From: Vicugna vicugna
Lineage: Eukaryota
NCBI GenBank assembly: GCA_013265495.1
Contig: MU058213.1
Coordinates: 496,001-560,000, forward strand
Direction: 5' to 3'
Length of the DNA: 64,000 bases
Under the pieces are notes generated by a model. The model was not told the DNA's origin and did not search any database. It saw only the letters and a program-made list of their open reading frames with translations. The translations under genes were made by a program, and so were the position numbers. Below, piece after piece: positions 13,211 through 24,950 of the stretch (its first letter is position 1; each line of letters begins with the position of its first letter).

Positions 13211-14227
13211 TCACCGGATCGTGTACTTGTCCCACTTCTTCTCAGGGTCGTAGGGCTCCCAGCGGCTGGCGGGGAAAATGTGCTTGTTCTTCTCATACCA
13301 GCTCCTCAGCACCACCTTGCCTGCGTGCGACTCATCCTTCTCCACTGTGGCGTCACTGAGCAGCCGCACATCATCGTGAACATCGAAGTTAAAGAGAGGC
13401 CCACTCTTTCCTCGTGCCTTGGTGACAATGAAGTCGTAAAAGCTGTGGTGGTGGGATATGATTAGGTCCTCCTTGATGTACATGAGCTGCTCCACTCCTG
13501 CTGACCTGAGCTCACTGAAGTCTTTGCGCAGGATCTCCAGTGCCTTCTGCAGGAACTGCTGCATTGTGTTGCCCTTTTTCATCTTGACTGTTCGCCGGTG
13601 TCCAGAGCCATCCCAGTAACTGAACGTGATTTCAATCTCCTCGCTCTTGATCTTCTCCTGCTTGGCTTCCCACTCCTGCCGGAGCTCTTCCCGGAGCCGA
13701 TTCTCCTCCTCCTCCCGGTCTCGGTCAGGCAGGAAGCTGGTGTCCACATCTGGATTCTTCCCCAGTTTCCTCTTCTTTGTGGTGACCTCTTCCCTTTCCA
13801 GCTCCTCCTCATACATAACCACCTCTTCCTCCTCCTCGCCTGCCTCCTCTTCTTCCTCCAGTGTAAAGGACAGGCTGGAGATCTTCCGCTTGGCCTCCTT
13901 CTTGCGCTCCTCTCGCAGTTTCTTCAGCTTCAGCTGCAGCTCCTTCGACTGCTCCTTCTTGGCCAGCTGCTTCTCCCACTCCTTCACCAGTGCCTGCTGC
14001 TTCGCCTTCATGTCATTCAGGGTCACCAGACCCACAGTGCTGGACTTGAGCTCTGCCTCCACGGCGTCATAGTGTGCAGAGAACTTCTTGTCAATGTTGG
14101 ATTTCATGATGTTCTCCTCGGCGATCCTCTGCTTCATTTGCTCCATCTGCTCGCGCTGCTTCTCCCGCTTCTTCATCAGGTGCATGGCGCGGCCCTCCTC
14201 GCTCGCTGCACCCTTGTACTGAGCCAT
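13211..14227 (-). CDS. FAM50A: FAM50A/XAP5-like protein, 338 aa, single exon (retrocopy ORF)
   Basis: [24 protein letters not shown]...[17 protein letters not shown]...[14 protein letters not shown]...[21 protein letters not shown] is recognisably FAM50A; no stops or frameshifts; Kozak GCCGCCATGG. Expression cannot be seen from sequence. Confidence 0.88.
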   Translation of the reverse strand: MAQYKGAASEEGRAMHLMKKREKQREQMEQMKQRIAEENIMKSNIDKKFSAHYDAVEAELKSSTVGLVTLNDMKAKQQALVKEWEKQLAKKEQSKELQLKLKKLREERKKEAKRKISSLSFTLEEEEEAGEEEEEVVMYEEELEREEVTTKKRKLGKNPDVDTSFLPDRDREEEENRLREELRQEWEAKQEKIKSEEIEITFSYWDGSGHRRTVKMKKGNTMQQFLQKALEILRKDFSELRSAGVEQLMYIKEDLIISHHHSFYDFIVTKARGKSGPLFNFDVHDDVRLLSDATVEKDESHAGKVVLRSWYEKNKHIFPASRWEPYDPEKKWDKYTIR

Positions 14228-14280
14228 GGCGGCGGCGGCGACAGCGAAGGCGACAACGGCCCGGCCGAATCTCAGGAGCC

Positions 14281-14300
14281 GCGGCGGCGGCGGCGGCGGC
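14281..14300 (-). repeat. (GCC)n tract in the CpG-rich 5' UTR of the retrocopy
   Basis: GCGGCGGCGGCGGCGGCGGC on +; a second GGC run at 14228-14240 abuts the start codon. Confidence 0.9.
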
Positions 14301-14571
14301 CGTGCAGTCAGCTCGAGAGAACTTATTTAAAAATTGTTTCCAGATTAATTCTGAAACCAGGCCCAAACAAAAAAGAAAAAAAAGAATGTTGATTTGAAAT
14401 TTTTTAACCAAAGCAAATTGAAGCAGATACTAAGTTTTGGATGGTGAACCACATTCAATTCAAAAGACTAGTGGATATATTTATCTAGAGGAAATATTTT
14501 GATCCTAACTACTATTATCTAATATATATCAACATTGAAATGCTTTTATTTTTTAAAGATAAACATATATA

Positions 14572-14680
14572 GGCGGGAGGGTATAGGTCAGTGGTAGAGT
14601 ACGTGCTTGGCGTGCATGAGGTCCTGGGTCCAATCCCCAGTACCTCCGTTAAAAAAAAATAAGTTTAAAAAATAAATAAA
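14572..14680 (+). mobile_element. tRNA-derived SINE (camelid Vic-1-like)
   Basis: GGGAGGGTATAGGTCAGTGGTAGAG (A box)...GGGTCCAATCCC (B box), A-rich tail, flanked by ATAAACAT(A/G)TA repeats; four related copies in the window. Confidence 0.85.
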
Positions 14681-14722
14681 TAAACATGTAATCACTGAAT
14701 TTTCTTTAGCGTGGAAGGATAA

Positions 14723-15147
14723 TGAGACTACCAGTCAGTCAATATCTGAAACAAAAAAAAGACAAAGCTGAGCTTAATACCTACTTTAATAAGAGAGAGC
14801 TATGCTGGCTAGGCACCTTCTCTGAGCAGAGGAGACCAATTTCTTATACAGAGTTTTTGGGAAGAATGGAATTCTGGGACTGGCAAACTTTCTGAGGCCA
14901 TAGTGACCTCATCTGCAGAAGCATGATTATTTGAGTCTGTTGATTGGTTGGCTGGCACTCAGAGGAGTGTTTACCAGAGTGAGTCTCTTCCTCATTGGTG
15001 GACCTTCAGAAGTGAGAGGCTTATGGTGATCGATTGCCTTGCAAAGGCAAATCGTTGATTTTTGTTGCTATTGTTGTTGACTAATACTTGTTACTGTGGC
15101 TACAGAAAAATCAATCTTTTCTATGTTTGTGGGAACTTTAATTCTCA
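14723..15147 (-). mobile_element. Putative solo ERV LTR
   Basis: TGAGA...TCTCA inverted termini; minus-strand order CCAAT (14994-14998, 14943-14947), TATAAGAA (14841-14848), ATTAAA (14785-14790), then a T-rich stretch. No clear TSD; family not recognised. Confidence 0.55.
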
Positions 15148-15194
15148 ATGTCAAATACGTATAATTACTTGTATAAAGCAAGCATATACTTAAA

Positions 15195-15875
15195 ATATTT
15201 TTGAGGTATAACTTAAAGGAAGAACATTTTAAGTGGACAGCTCAATAAGTTTCTGCGTATGTGTATACTTGGGTAACTATCACCCAGTTCAGGATATAGT
15301 GTATTTTCATTACCCTAGAATGTTGTCTAATACCCTCACCTAGCTATTCAGTACCCCTCTTAGCTATTCTGATTTCCAACCCCATGGACTTGTTTTGACT
15401 GTTCTTGAATTTCATGTGTGTGGAAGCATGTAGTATGTATTATTTTATGTCTAGCTTTTTATATTCCTTGCAGCATAATGCACGTGAGATTCATTCATGT
15501 TTTGCATATATAGTTGTTCTTTAATACTAGGTAGTATTCTGTTTTATGACTCTTCCTCAATTCATTTGTATATTCTCTTGGAAATGGACATTTGGGTCAT
15601 TTTCAGTTTGGAGGTATTATGAGTAAAGCTGCAGTGGACATTTTTGTACGTCTTATTAACACAAACACTATTTCTCTTGGTTATATGGCTAGAAGTGAAA
15701 TTGCTGCATCATTGTGGTATGGGTATGTTTAGTTTTGGTAGATGCTACCAAATAGTTTCCCAAAGTGGTTGAATCAATTTGTACTCCATTAGCAAATTAT
15801 GAGTTTCAGTTGCTCCACATCCTTGTCAACACTTGGTATTGCCACTCTTTTTTATTTTAGCCATGCCAGTAGGTA
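15195..15875 (-). mobile_element. Old L1 (L1M-type) 3' fragment
   Basis: GAGATTCATTCATGTT...GGACATTTGGG...CAAAGTGGTTG...TTGCTCCACATCCTTGTCAACACTTGGTATT are typical antisense L1M motifs. Confidence 0.75.
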
Positions 15876-16204
15876 TACGTATTTTTATTTTTAAAAAGGC
15901 AAATTTGAAGGAAAAAAGCCTGTGCCATTTCAGCAACTTAACATGAGAAACTTAAAAATACAGCGTTAGCCGGTTTAATCAAGTATTAACTTTCCTATTA
16001 ATTCTTAGCCTAATTTATTCATTTATTTAAAAATAAGCCTTGATTTATTTCTTAAACAGCTTCTTAACTTAGATTTGATCTAGGAAGAAACATCCTAAGC
16101 AAAGCTACTGTCACTGTAAAGTTAAGACGTTAGTGTTTCAATAACTGTGAATGAATGACTCCATGTTAACTTAAGTGACTTTCAGTTTACCCTTAGCCTT
16201 GAAA

Positions 16205-19150
16205 TTAATTATATTTGCTATTTTTTAGTTCTTGGCATGTGCCATGATCTGTTCTCTGTTGAGGATGCAGTAGTGAACAAAACAAAGTCCCTGACTGAAT
16301 ACAGTTTAGATTTTAGTGACAAAATATAGATAATGAATCAGTAAATATATAGCATGTCAGATAATAATATAGAGGGAAATATAGGATAAGAAAATAGAGA
16401 TTGCCTAGTGCAATAGTTTGGGGGGCCTGTGGGATATTTTATATATAGTGGACAGGGAAGTCCTTTCTAATAGTTGACATTTAAGCACAGACCTTAAAGA
16501 AGAGAGAGAACAGGTCATTTAGCTGTTATAGGGATGAGTTTTCCAGGTAGAAGAAACATCAAGTGTAGAAGCCCTCAGGTGAGAGTGTGCCTCGTTTGTC
16601 AGAGGAAGAGCAAGGTCACTTAATGTTGCTGAGGTCTTGTGAGCAAAGTGGTGAATGGTTGGAAATGAGTTGGGGCTTGAGGGGGATCATGTAGGGTCTT
16701 GTGGACCATTGTAAGGCCATCTGGCTTTTATTCATATTGAGATAAGATGCCATTAAAAGATTGTGAGTAGCAGAATTAATGGAATCTGGCTGGTTCACAC
16801 ACAAACTTGTATACACATGTTCATGGACACTATTTGTAATAGTCAAGAACTGTCTTTCACCATCTGAATGGTTAGACTGCAAAAAATACATACCATGGAA
16901 TCCAGTTTAAAAAGTGAACTGTTGATACACGGCAACTTGGATGAATCTTTACATATTTATGCTTAGTGATAACAGCCAATCCCTAAGGTTACATATGATG
17001 CTATGCATACGGCACTTTTTAAAATGACTTAATTTTAGAAAAGGGGGGCAGATCAGTTGTTTGCCAGGGGTTAGAGAGGGACATGAATGTGGTTGTAAAA
17101 GGACAACATGAATCTTTGTGTTGTTGCAACTGTTCAGTTTCTTGATTATGGTGGTGGATACACAAATCTAAAAGGTAATAAAGTTGTATGGAACATACTA
17201 CATACATGTATACACAAATATGAGAACAAGTAAAACTGGGGAAATCAGATTAAGATCAGTGGACTATGTCAATGTCAACATGCTCATTGTGATATACTGT
17301 AGTTTTACAAAATGTTACTGTCAGGGGAAACTGGACAGCATGTTCAAGGAATCCCTCTGTGTTGTTTCTTCCAACTGCGTGAGAATCTCTAACTCTCTCA
17401 ATAAGAACTTCAGTTAAAAACAATAAGATAGCTCTGGTACCTTTGCAGCAGATAGACTGTAGACTGTATGGGCATTAGAGTGGGGGCAGGAGCCTGAGTT
17501 AGGAGGCAATTGCAATAACCCAGGAAAGAGATGATGATGACTTGGACCAGAGGGGAAGCAGTGGAGATGGTAAGACATGATGTTTTAAAGATAGAGCCAA
17601 ATGTTTGATGGATCAGATGTGGAGTGTGAGAGAACTCACAGTTAATTCCAAGAGTTGTAGACTGAGCAACTAAAAGAATGGAGTTGCTGTTAATTAAATG
17701 GTAAAAACATGGCAAGAGCAGGTGTGGGGGAGAAAATTAAGAGTGTTTTGTACATTCACTTTTGAGATATCTGTTATCCATCCAAGTAGAGATGTGACAG
17801 AGGTAGTTATTTTTAAGTCCAGAGTTTGGGAAAGAAGTCCAAATTGGAGCTGTAAATGCAAGAATTGTCAATGTATGAAATCACCTAGGGAGTGAGTATA
17901 GAAAGAGAAGCTGCCAAAGAACTAAGTCCTGGGGGGCACTCCAGCATTTAAAGGTAGGGAGAACGAGGAGGAACTAGCAGAGGAGAATAGGGTGGGGCAG
18001 CCAGAGAGAGAAAGGGGGACCAAGGGAAAAATCAGTGTCCAAGTGCCCATGGCCAAGTGAGAAAAGTTTTTTAGGATGAAAGAATTCATGTGTTGTCAAA
18101 TGCTGCTTCTCATAGGTCTTGTAAGACGAGAACTAAGAGGTGACAGTTAGATTTGGCACCAGGCAGGTCATTGCTGACAAGATCAGTTTGGATGGACTAA
18201 GTGCTGGGAATGAAAGCCAGGTTGGAGAAGGTTTAAAAGAATGAGAGGGAGAGGACTTGGGGTACTGAAAACAGACAGTTCTTTCAAAGAGTTTTGCTAT
18301 AAAGAGGAACCAAGAAGTAGCCTGGAGGAGGACATGAAGGGTCTGGAGGGGGATATGAAATCAAAGGAATGTTTGTTTTTAATTTGGGAGATACATTACA
18401 GTCTCTGTGCTGATGGGCATGGTCCCATAGAGAAAAGGCACAATTATTGGAGTGATCTTGAATAAATGAGCATGGGTGAGATCTGGTTACAGGTAATGTG
18501 ATTGGCTTTAGATAAGAATCTGGACAGCTTATCTATAAAAACAAGAGTGAAGGTAGAGTTCATGGGTACAAATTCAGGTCAGGTGATAGACCATAGCAAT
18601 GGGAGTGTAGATGTCCTTTTATGATTGCTTCTATATTCTCAGTGAAATATTAAGATAGTGTCTTCAGCTGAGAGTGACAGGTAAAAATATTAAAGATTTG
18701 AAGGAAAAGAAGAGGTAAAATAGCCCTGTATGATAGAGGGAGAGTGTGGGAGAGTGACTGGACTAGGGAAATGCAGTGGGAATGTTAGGCAGCACTCTTT
18801 GATGTTAGTGGTGACAAATATTAAATATGGCTTGTCAATTTGTGTGTTTTTCTCCTATTTTATCTGCCACCCTGGCAAATTTTATCTGAGGAGTAAGAAG
18901 AGTGTTTTAACCAGGATTGGGGTTTTGCTAGAGGAGGAGTTCCAGAGAGGGAAGATCAAAGAAATTGAGAGTTAGGGAGGGGTACAATTTTTGGTAATGA
19001 TTAGAACTAGGTTACAAGCATCCGGATGTAGAGTGGAGGTAGGGCGGAGCACTGGATCATCAGAAGAGAGAAAAAAGGCCAGGGAACTTGGAGACTAGGT
19101 GTTGGAAGGGTCAATTATGTGGATGTTGAAGTCACAGTGATTACTGGTGC
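16205..19150. mobile_element. Degenerate L2 interrupted by an L1M 3' fragment (about 16790-17415)
   Basis: Purine-rich L2-like motifs (GACATTTAAGCACAGACCTTAAAGAAG, GAGATGATGATGACTTGGACCAG, GTCAAATGCTGCT); the inner segment has L1M motifs (CAACTTGGATGAATCTT, GTGGACTATGTCAATGTC). Confidence 0.65.
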
Positions 19151-21651
19151 CAAATTAATGATCATCTCTTCCTCAGCAGTTTGACTATAAGTATTATAAG
19201 TCCTGGAGAGAAAATAAGTTAGGAGCAGTAATGGTGTAATATTTCTTTTAGATCATGGCAGATTATTTGCTCGTTTCACTTTTTAGAGTCAGCTCTTTGC
19301 AAAAGATGATACCAGATATAGCGTTAACAAAGACATGTGCTTTTGTTTAGCCTACAAATACATTTAAAGCCCACAGCCAGCATTTGTTTTATTTAGTAAT
19401 TTTTAATTGGTTTATTTATCTTGTTTAGCTAATTTGATATTGTTATGGGTTTGTTCAAAAATTGTTATATTAGAACAGTTCACAATATGGACCTCAAAAC
19501 AAACCATTATGAAAATATTAACCAGAACCTTTTTTTTAGACCTAGAAATATGGATGGCAAAGGACCATGTTCAGCTCTTCAGAAAAAATAGATATGGAAT
19601 TTAAAAAACATTATTAAATACTAACAAATTAACATGAGGTTTTATCTCCTTACAGCCAATCTGTGAACAAATCCTTTTGACTTTGCTTCTGAAATATACA
19701 GCATGTTTTTTTCCATTTGTCTCTATATATATGTACAACTCCAGGCAAAGCCACCATTGTTTCTCATCTAGATTGCTGCTGGTAGCAGATTCCTAGGCTG
19801 AGGGAGCTGCTAGACACCTTGAGATCTTGGCTCAGAAATCACCTTTCAGAACAGTCTGTCTGAACCACTTAGAGTAACTTTCCTGACCCTCATTTCCCCC
19901 ATGGCATTGTCCTGGGTTTACCTTTAGCATGTTTATTACTGTCTGTTCTTAACTTGGTTTTTTTTGTTCATTGTTTTTTGTCTATACGCCACCTTTAAAA
20001 TAAATTAGAGCAAGGAACTTGTCTGTCTTGTATACTGCTTATGCCTATTGTCTGGAACAAGTCAGTTCCTGGTACAGGAGATGTTCAAAAATACTTGTTG
20101 AATGAATAGTAAATATACTGGAAAACAAATTATCATCTGGGAAACTTGACACATTAAAAAAGTTTCATATCTGGTGGGTCAGGTTGGTTTTAGTACCCAG
20201 GGGTCCTAGGAGAAGCCAGTGAGGAAAAGATGCCTCACACATCTGAAGACTAAGACTTGGTGTCTTTAGAGAGGAGATTCATTTCTTTACTCAAATCTTC
20301 ACTAGAGCATGTCATTAATTTCAGAGATCTGATGACTGATTATCAGATTTTTTTTAATTTTGTTTTAACTGGGGAAGATTAGACAGCAGAGAACGCTGAG
20401 TAGCAAGCCCAAATGGTTTGACACTGAGGGAAGAAGAGATAAATAATGCAGATGCTGTAAAGTGCTAGCAGAAGTATCAAAGACTAATTATCAGTGCTTT
20501 TATAGTTGTGATAAGGGAAACGTGGTGCAAAAGAGACACTAGATACCTGGGGGAGTTAGAGGAAACTACCAAAGAGGGAAAGGGGAGACTGATATATGAT
20601 CCAATTAAATCAAATTTGGCTTAACTGTGTGCCACCAGGTACTGTACCTGGTGACGGCATCCCAGGAAGAAATGAGATCTAGGAATCTCTGCTCTTCAAG
20701 CATCTTACAGTGTCCAGCAAGAGAGACAGACGAAAGATGACCTAGTACAATGTCATTGTTGGTTTGACATGAGATAGGGGGTGTCTTTGGGAGTAGCTGG
20801 CCAGCCAGCCCTGGAATAGGGTTTCATGTGGTGGTCATCAGCTTAGCTTTTGCAGAGTTCAATCCACCAGAAGTTACCTAATTTCTTTAAAAGTGTCCCA
20901 GACTAACCACGCTCATAAAATACTGGTACATAAGTCAAAACATGAATGTATTAATTTACAGTAAGGAAAGCTAGATGAATAGCCAAGTTTTAATTAGAAG
21001 ACTACTTGATGAGCATGGAGAAGAATAAGGGGAGTTGAATTACTAAATGTTGATTACGTCAGGTATAAGCCATCTGATATTTCTTCATAGGAGGCATGTA
21101 ACTGCAGTGGGACCAGCCAGTCACATCTGTTGGTCAGGATATCATGCCTCCCTTATGTTTAATGAACACGGCCACATCTTGTTTGATGAACCCCATTTCT
21201 TTGTATCTGCATGCTTACTGCCTTCTTTCTCTGGTTGTGTTACCACCATTCTGTAGTCATTTGTTCTATCTACTTTGGGGGGAATCATTTTTCTTATCAT
21301 ATATATGTTGATAGTACCAGTTACACCCTTACATTTTGAAGATACCCATCTTTCCTAGGGGTGGGAATGGAGAGCAAGGAAGACTTCTGGGAATGTACGT
21401 ATGCATCTTAGCTAAGCCTTGGAAGAATATGTAGGGGTTTGGATGAGGACAGAGGTAGATAAGAAAGAGTGCATTAATTGCAGCGAGAAGGAACAGAATA
21501 AACAAAGGCATAGAGACCCAAAAGCTTGGGGTCTGTTTGGCCTATCGGCTGTGTGACGGTGAGCAGTTGGAGATCATATTAGAACGCTAGCTGGAACCCG
21601 GTTGTGAGCTGTGTATCTCGTGCTGAGGAATTTGGACTTTATCTTGTAGGT

Positions 21652-21881
21652 CAGGGGTTGGCAGACCTTTTCCAGTAAAGGGCCAGATGGTAAATATTTT
21701 AGGTTTTGCAGACCATATGATCTCTGTTGCATTTATTCAGCTTTCCCATTGTAGCACAAGAGCAGCCGTGGACAACACAGGAGTGAATGAATGTGACTAT
21801 GTTCCAATAAGATAGTACTGACAAAAACAGGCAGCAGGCTGAATTTGGCCCACTGACACTGTAGTTTGCCTAACCCCACTG
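21652..21881. mobile_element. MER58A-like hAT-Charlie DNA transposon
   Basis: CAGGGGTTGGCAGAC...GTAAAGGGCCAGATGGTAAATATTTTAGG...TGTTCCAATAA...GTAGTTTGCCTAACCCC with degenerate terminal inverted repeats. Confidence 0.8.
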
Positions 21882-22884
21882 AAGGCACTGTGAGTCTCTA
21901 TTAGGTTTTTGAACCAGAGAACAATGTGACCACATGTGTGCATTAAAGAGGGAACAGATTAAGAGGCTGAACTCTGAGCTTGCCCTGTTGAAATAGTGAT
22001 GAAATGGGGGTTACACCTCATATCTTTAGAGAATATAACTCTGAATGTATTTCTGATTTCTTTAAAATATAGTCAGTTTGAAGATCTTACTCTATAAAAA
22101 AATGTGAAACAAATAAAATAAGTGGAGATTGGTTAGAGTAGAGAAGTGTTTCTCTTAAAAAATTATTTTGGATCCTAGTGTTAATTTTTGCAAAAACTGA
22201 ATGGCTGTTGATGGGAATACGGTACTAACTGCTTCAGTAGGGGCTCTCTTTGGGTTCATTGTGCCTGCCTGACCATCTACCTTGTTTAGATCTCAGAGAA
22301 ACCTTCGGTTACAAAACGCTTTGTCTCCATTTTGTGCAAATGTATCATTTAGGTATTAAGAAAGCCTCTGTATTAGTTTAGAACAGTTAAAGCTGTTCCG
22401 CCTGGTGCTGGTGCAGTGATAAATATAAATGTCAATACAGCATCTGAAATCTCACAACAGGGCTTCGTTTTAAGTGATCCAAAAGATCTAGAATATAGCT
22501 GCTAATTTTTAAAAATTATCTAAATAGAAAGCTAAAATTTAAAACGTTTGTGAAATGAGATGGCTGAGAATCCTTCTGGAAATTAGCAGGGTCCTGGAAG
22601 TCTTGGGTGAAAAATAAGGAGGAGTCTAGAGACAAGTAATAAATGAAAAGGAAATTGTTTAATGGAATGAAGACTTCTGGCCCAGAAAATTCCAGGAGTT
22701 TCCTTATGTTCCTCAGTACTACCTCAGCTAACTGAAATCCAGTGAAGCAGTGGCAGACTGAAAAAGAAAAGCATACCATAGCAGTAACTCCCACAGACTT
22801 TGGGGACTATTTTAACAAAGTTCTTCATCCTGTGAATAAGACAAGATGGGCGGCCACGAGAATTTACGAAGTGAGCTCCTCTAG

Positions 22885-23071
22885 AGCGGTGGCCCTCAAA
22901 GCCTAATTCCTGACCGGCTGCATCAGCACCACCTGGCAGCAGGTTAAAAATGCAGGTTTTCAGCCCTACCCTAGACCTACTCAGTCAGGAAACTAGGGGT
23001 GGGGCCCAGGGGCGGTGTCCTAACGAGCCCTCCAGGGAGCTCTGATTCACTCTGAAACTTGAAAACCACTG
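22885..23071. mobile_element. MER5A-like hAT-Charlie DNA transposon
   Basis: GCATCAGCACCACCTGG...AAATGCAG...CCCTAGACCTACT...GGGGTGGGGCCCAG...TTGAAAACCACTG. Confidence 0.8.
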
Positions 23072-23581
23072 CTCTGAAAGTGATGGAGAATTAAACAGTC
23101 TGGTCATACCAGAATTTCAGGTTAAAAAATTTTCTACTTCTGCCTGAAAGTTTGCCTAACTTATCTGGCAAAACTAATCTTTGCTTATATGCAACCTTTT
23201 AAAAAATGATTTATGAGAATATTATGCTTTTGAAAATCTACTTCTGTGCTGTATAAATTATGAAATGCTATTTTTATGAGGTGTATTTTACTTTAGCTTG
23301 GGGATTTTAAAGAAGGTCCTATAGATCCAGTATAGATTTAAAATACTTTTCTAGTACACTGGTTGAACCTATTGAGAATTTGTTCCCCTTCCGATATACA
23401 GATGTCAGAGGACAAGCAAGAGAGGACATGTGATCTGGGGGACAGAGAACAAAGCAAAGCACTGCTTCCAGAGCGTCCCTTCCTAAGGAGTCTCTTGCTA
23501 ATACTTGGAACATTGTCAGTACACAGATAATCCTCAATAAAGGATGAGAGTAGAGAGGGAAGGTACAGTCAAGTTCGAGAG

Positions 23582-23765
23582 TCTTTTGTTGTTGTTTTTG
23601 AAGTATAGTCAGTTTACAATGTTGTGTCGGTTTCTGGTGTACAGCACAATGCTTCAGTCATAGAGGAACATACACACATTCGTTTTCATATTCTTTCTCA
23701 CCGTAAGTTACTACAAGATATTGGATATAGTTCCCTGTGCTATACGTTATGGACTTGTTTGTCTT
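23582..23765 (-). mobile_element. 5'-truncated lineage-specific L1 3' end
   Basis: TTGAAGTATAGTCAGTTTACAATGTTGTGTC...AAGATATTGGATATAGTTCCCTGTGCTATAC. Confidence 0.75.
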
Positions 23766-24019
23766 ATGAGAATCTGAGAATCTGAACATTTCTGAGCAAC
23801 ATTAGGTAGGATGAGCACCAGCCATTTGCTTTTTATTGAAGCTTCTGGGAAACTTTGGTATATAACCTGTAAGTTCTTGCCTAGGAATTGGCAAAATTTC
23901 ATTATCCGAACTTGAAGGAGATGCCCTTTCCATTGCTTTGAAAAGGGGAAAACAAGCCAAAGAAGTAAATTCCTTAAAAATTTAAGTGAAAACCACTTTG
24001 ATATGTTTCCCCCTAGAAA

Positions 24020-24950
24020 ATGCCATAATAAACTAGTAAGAGTTAAAAGAAAATGGAAGAAGAGATTTTTAACATATAACTGACAAAGATTTGTATCCAG
24101 AATATAGTAAAGAGTATCTGTTTTTTTAAAAAAGATAAACAGCACAGTACAAAAATGGGCAACAGATTCTTCACAGTCTAAGGAACATGACTGAGTCCAA
24201 GTGACTAAGGCCAAGAACATATGAAAAGATGCTCAACCTCATTATAACTCAGCAAAATGCAAATTAAAACCACAGTGAAGTATCATTTCACATCCACCCG
24301 AATGAGTAAAAATAAATTGTCTGCTAATACCAACAGTTAGCAAGGATAAGTAACATGAAATTGTCATGCATTAAATCTTCTAGGAATATAAATTGGTAAA
24401 ACCACTTTGAAAATAGTTTGACATTACCTAGTAAAGTTGAGTAATACCATATCCTTTTTCCAGCAATTCTATTCCTAGGTTTGAATAACTTGGAGAAACT
24501 CTTGCCCATGTATACCAGGAAGTAGGTAACAAAATTGTTTACAGCAGAAAACTAGAGCAGGAAAGATTGTAAGTAATTCTGGTGTTCATTTATACAATGG
24601 ACTATGGTAGAGAAATGAAAATAAAAGAAGTACAGATCGAAGCATGAACCCAAAGCAATGTTGAGTGTAAAAAGCAGGTCACAGAAGGATACATACTATA
24701 TGAATATATATATTCATATATATATATATATATATTCACATACATGTGCAAAAAAAGCAAAACTAAAACTGTGTAAAGATATATACATTTAAGGTAAAAC
24801 TGTAAAAGAAAGAGAGAATGATTAATTCAAAATTCAATACAGTGGCTTCTTCTTTTGGGGAGAGAGATACAGCAGGAAAGGGGAACGTGCGAGTACTAGT
24901 AATGTTTCCTTTCTGAGGCTGGGTTGTGTGTTCATTTTGTTATTCTTTAA
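24020..24950 (+). mobile_element. Old L1ME-like ORF2 end and 3' UTR fragment
   Basis: CATATGAAAAGATGCTCAACCTCATTA...AAATGCAAATTAAAACCACAGTGA...CCAGCAATTCTATTCCTAGGT. Confidence 0.75.

Larger units (their letters stand above)
12798..14314 (-). pseudogene. FAM50A: Processed retrocopy of FAM50A mRNA (5' UTR, intact ORF, 3' UTR, poly(A)); function unknown
   Basis: No introns; poly(T) 12796-12807 on +; exact direct repeat GAGAGAACTT at 12788-12797 and 14315-14324 (14 bp with one mismatch); ATTT/AA L1-endonuclease-like site at 14325-14330; GC-rich block in AT-rich flanks. Confidence 0.93.

Noticed and set aside
13211..14227. Calling the ORF FAM50B or the parental FAM50A
   Set aside because: The sequence follows FAM50A rather than FAM50B as I recall them, and parental FAM50A is multi-exon and X-linked; poly(A) and TSD mark this as a separate retrocopy.
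14226..14330. 34-aa + strand ORF (MAAAATAKA...) with a good Kozak context
   Set aside because: Arises from the palindrome GCCATGGC at the FAM50A start codon; no evidence of an exon.
13598..14392. 264-aa and 148-aa + strand ORFs overlapping the retrocopy
   Set aside because: Antisense shadow ORFs of a GC3-rich, Glu/Lys-rich coding sequence; no recognisable protein.
24698..24740. AT-rich palindrome
   Set aside because: (TA)n low-complexity tract inside an old L1 fragment.
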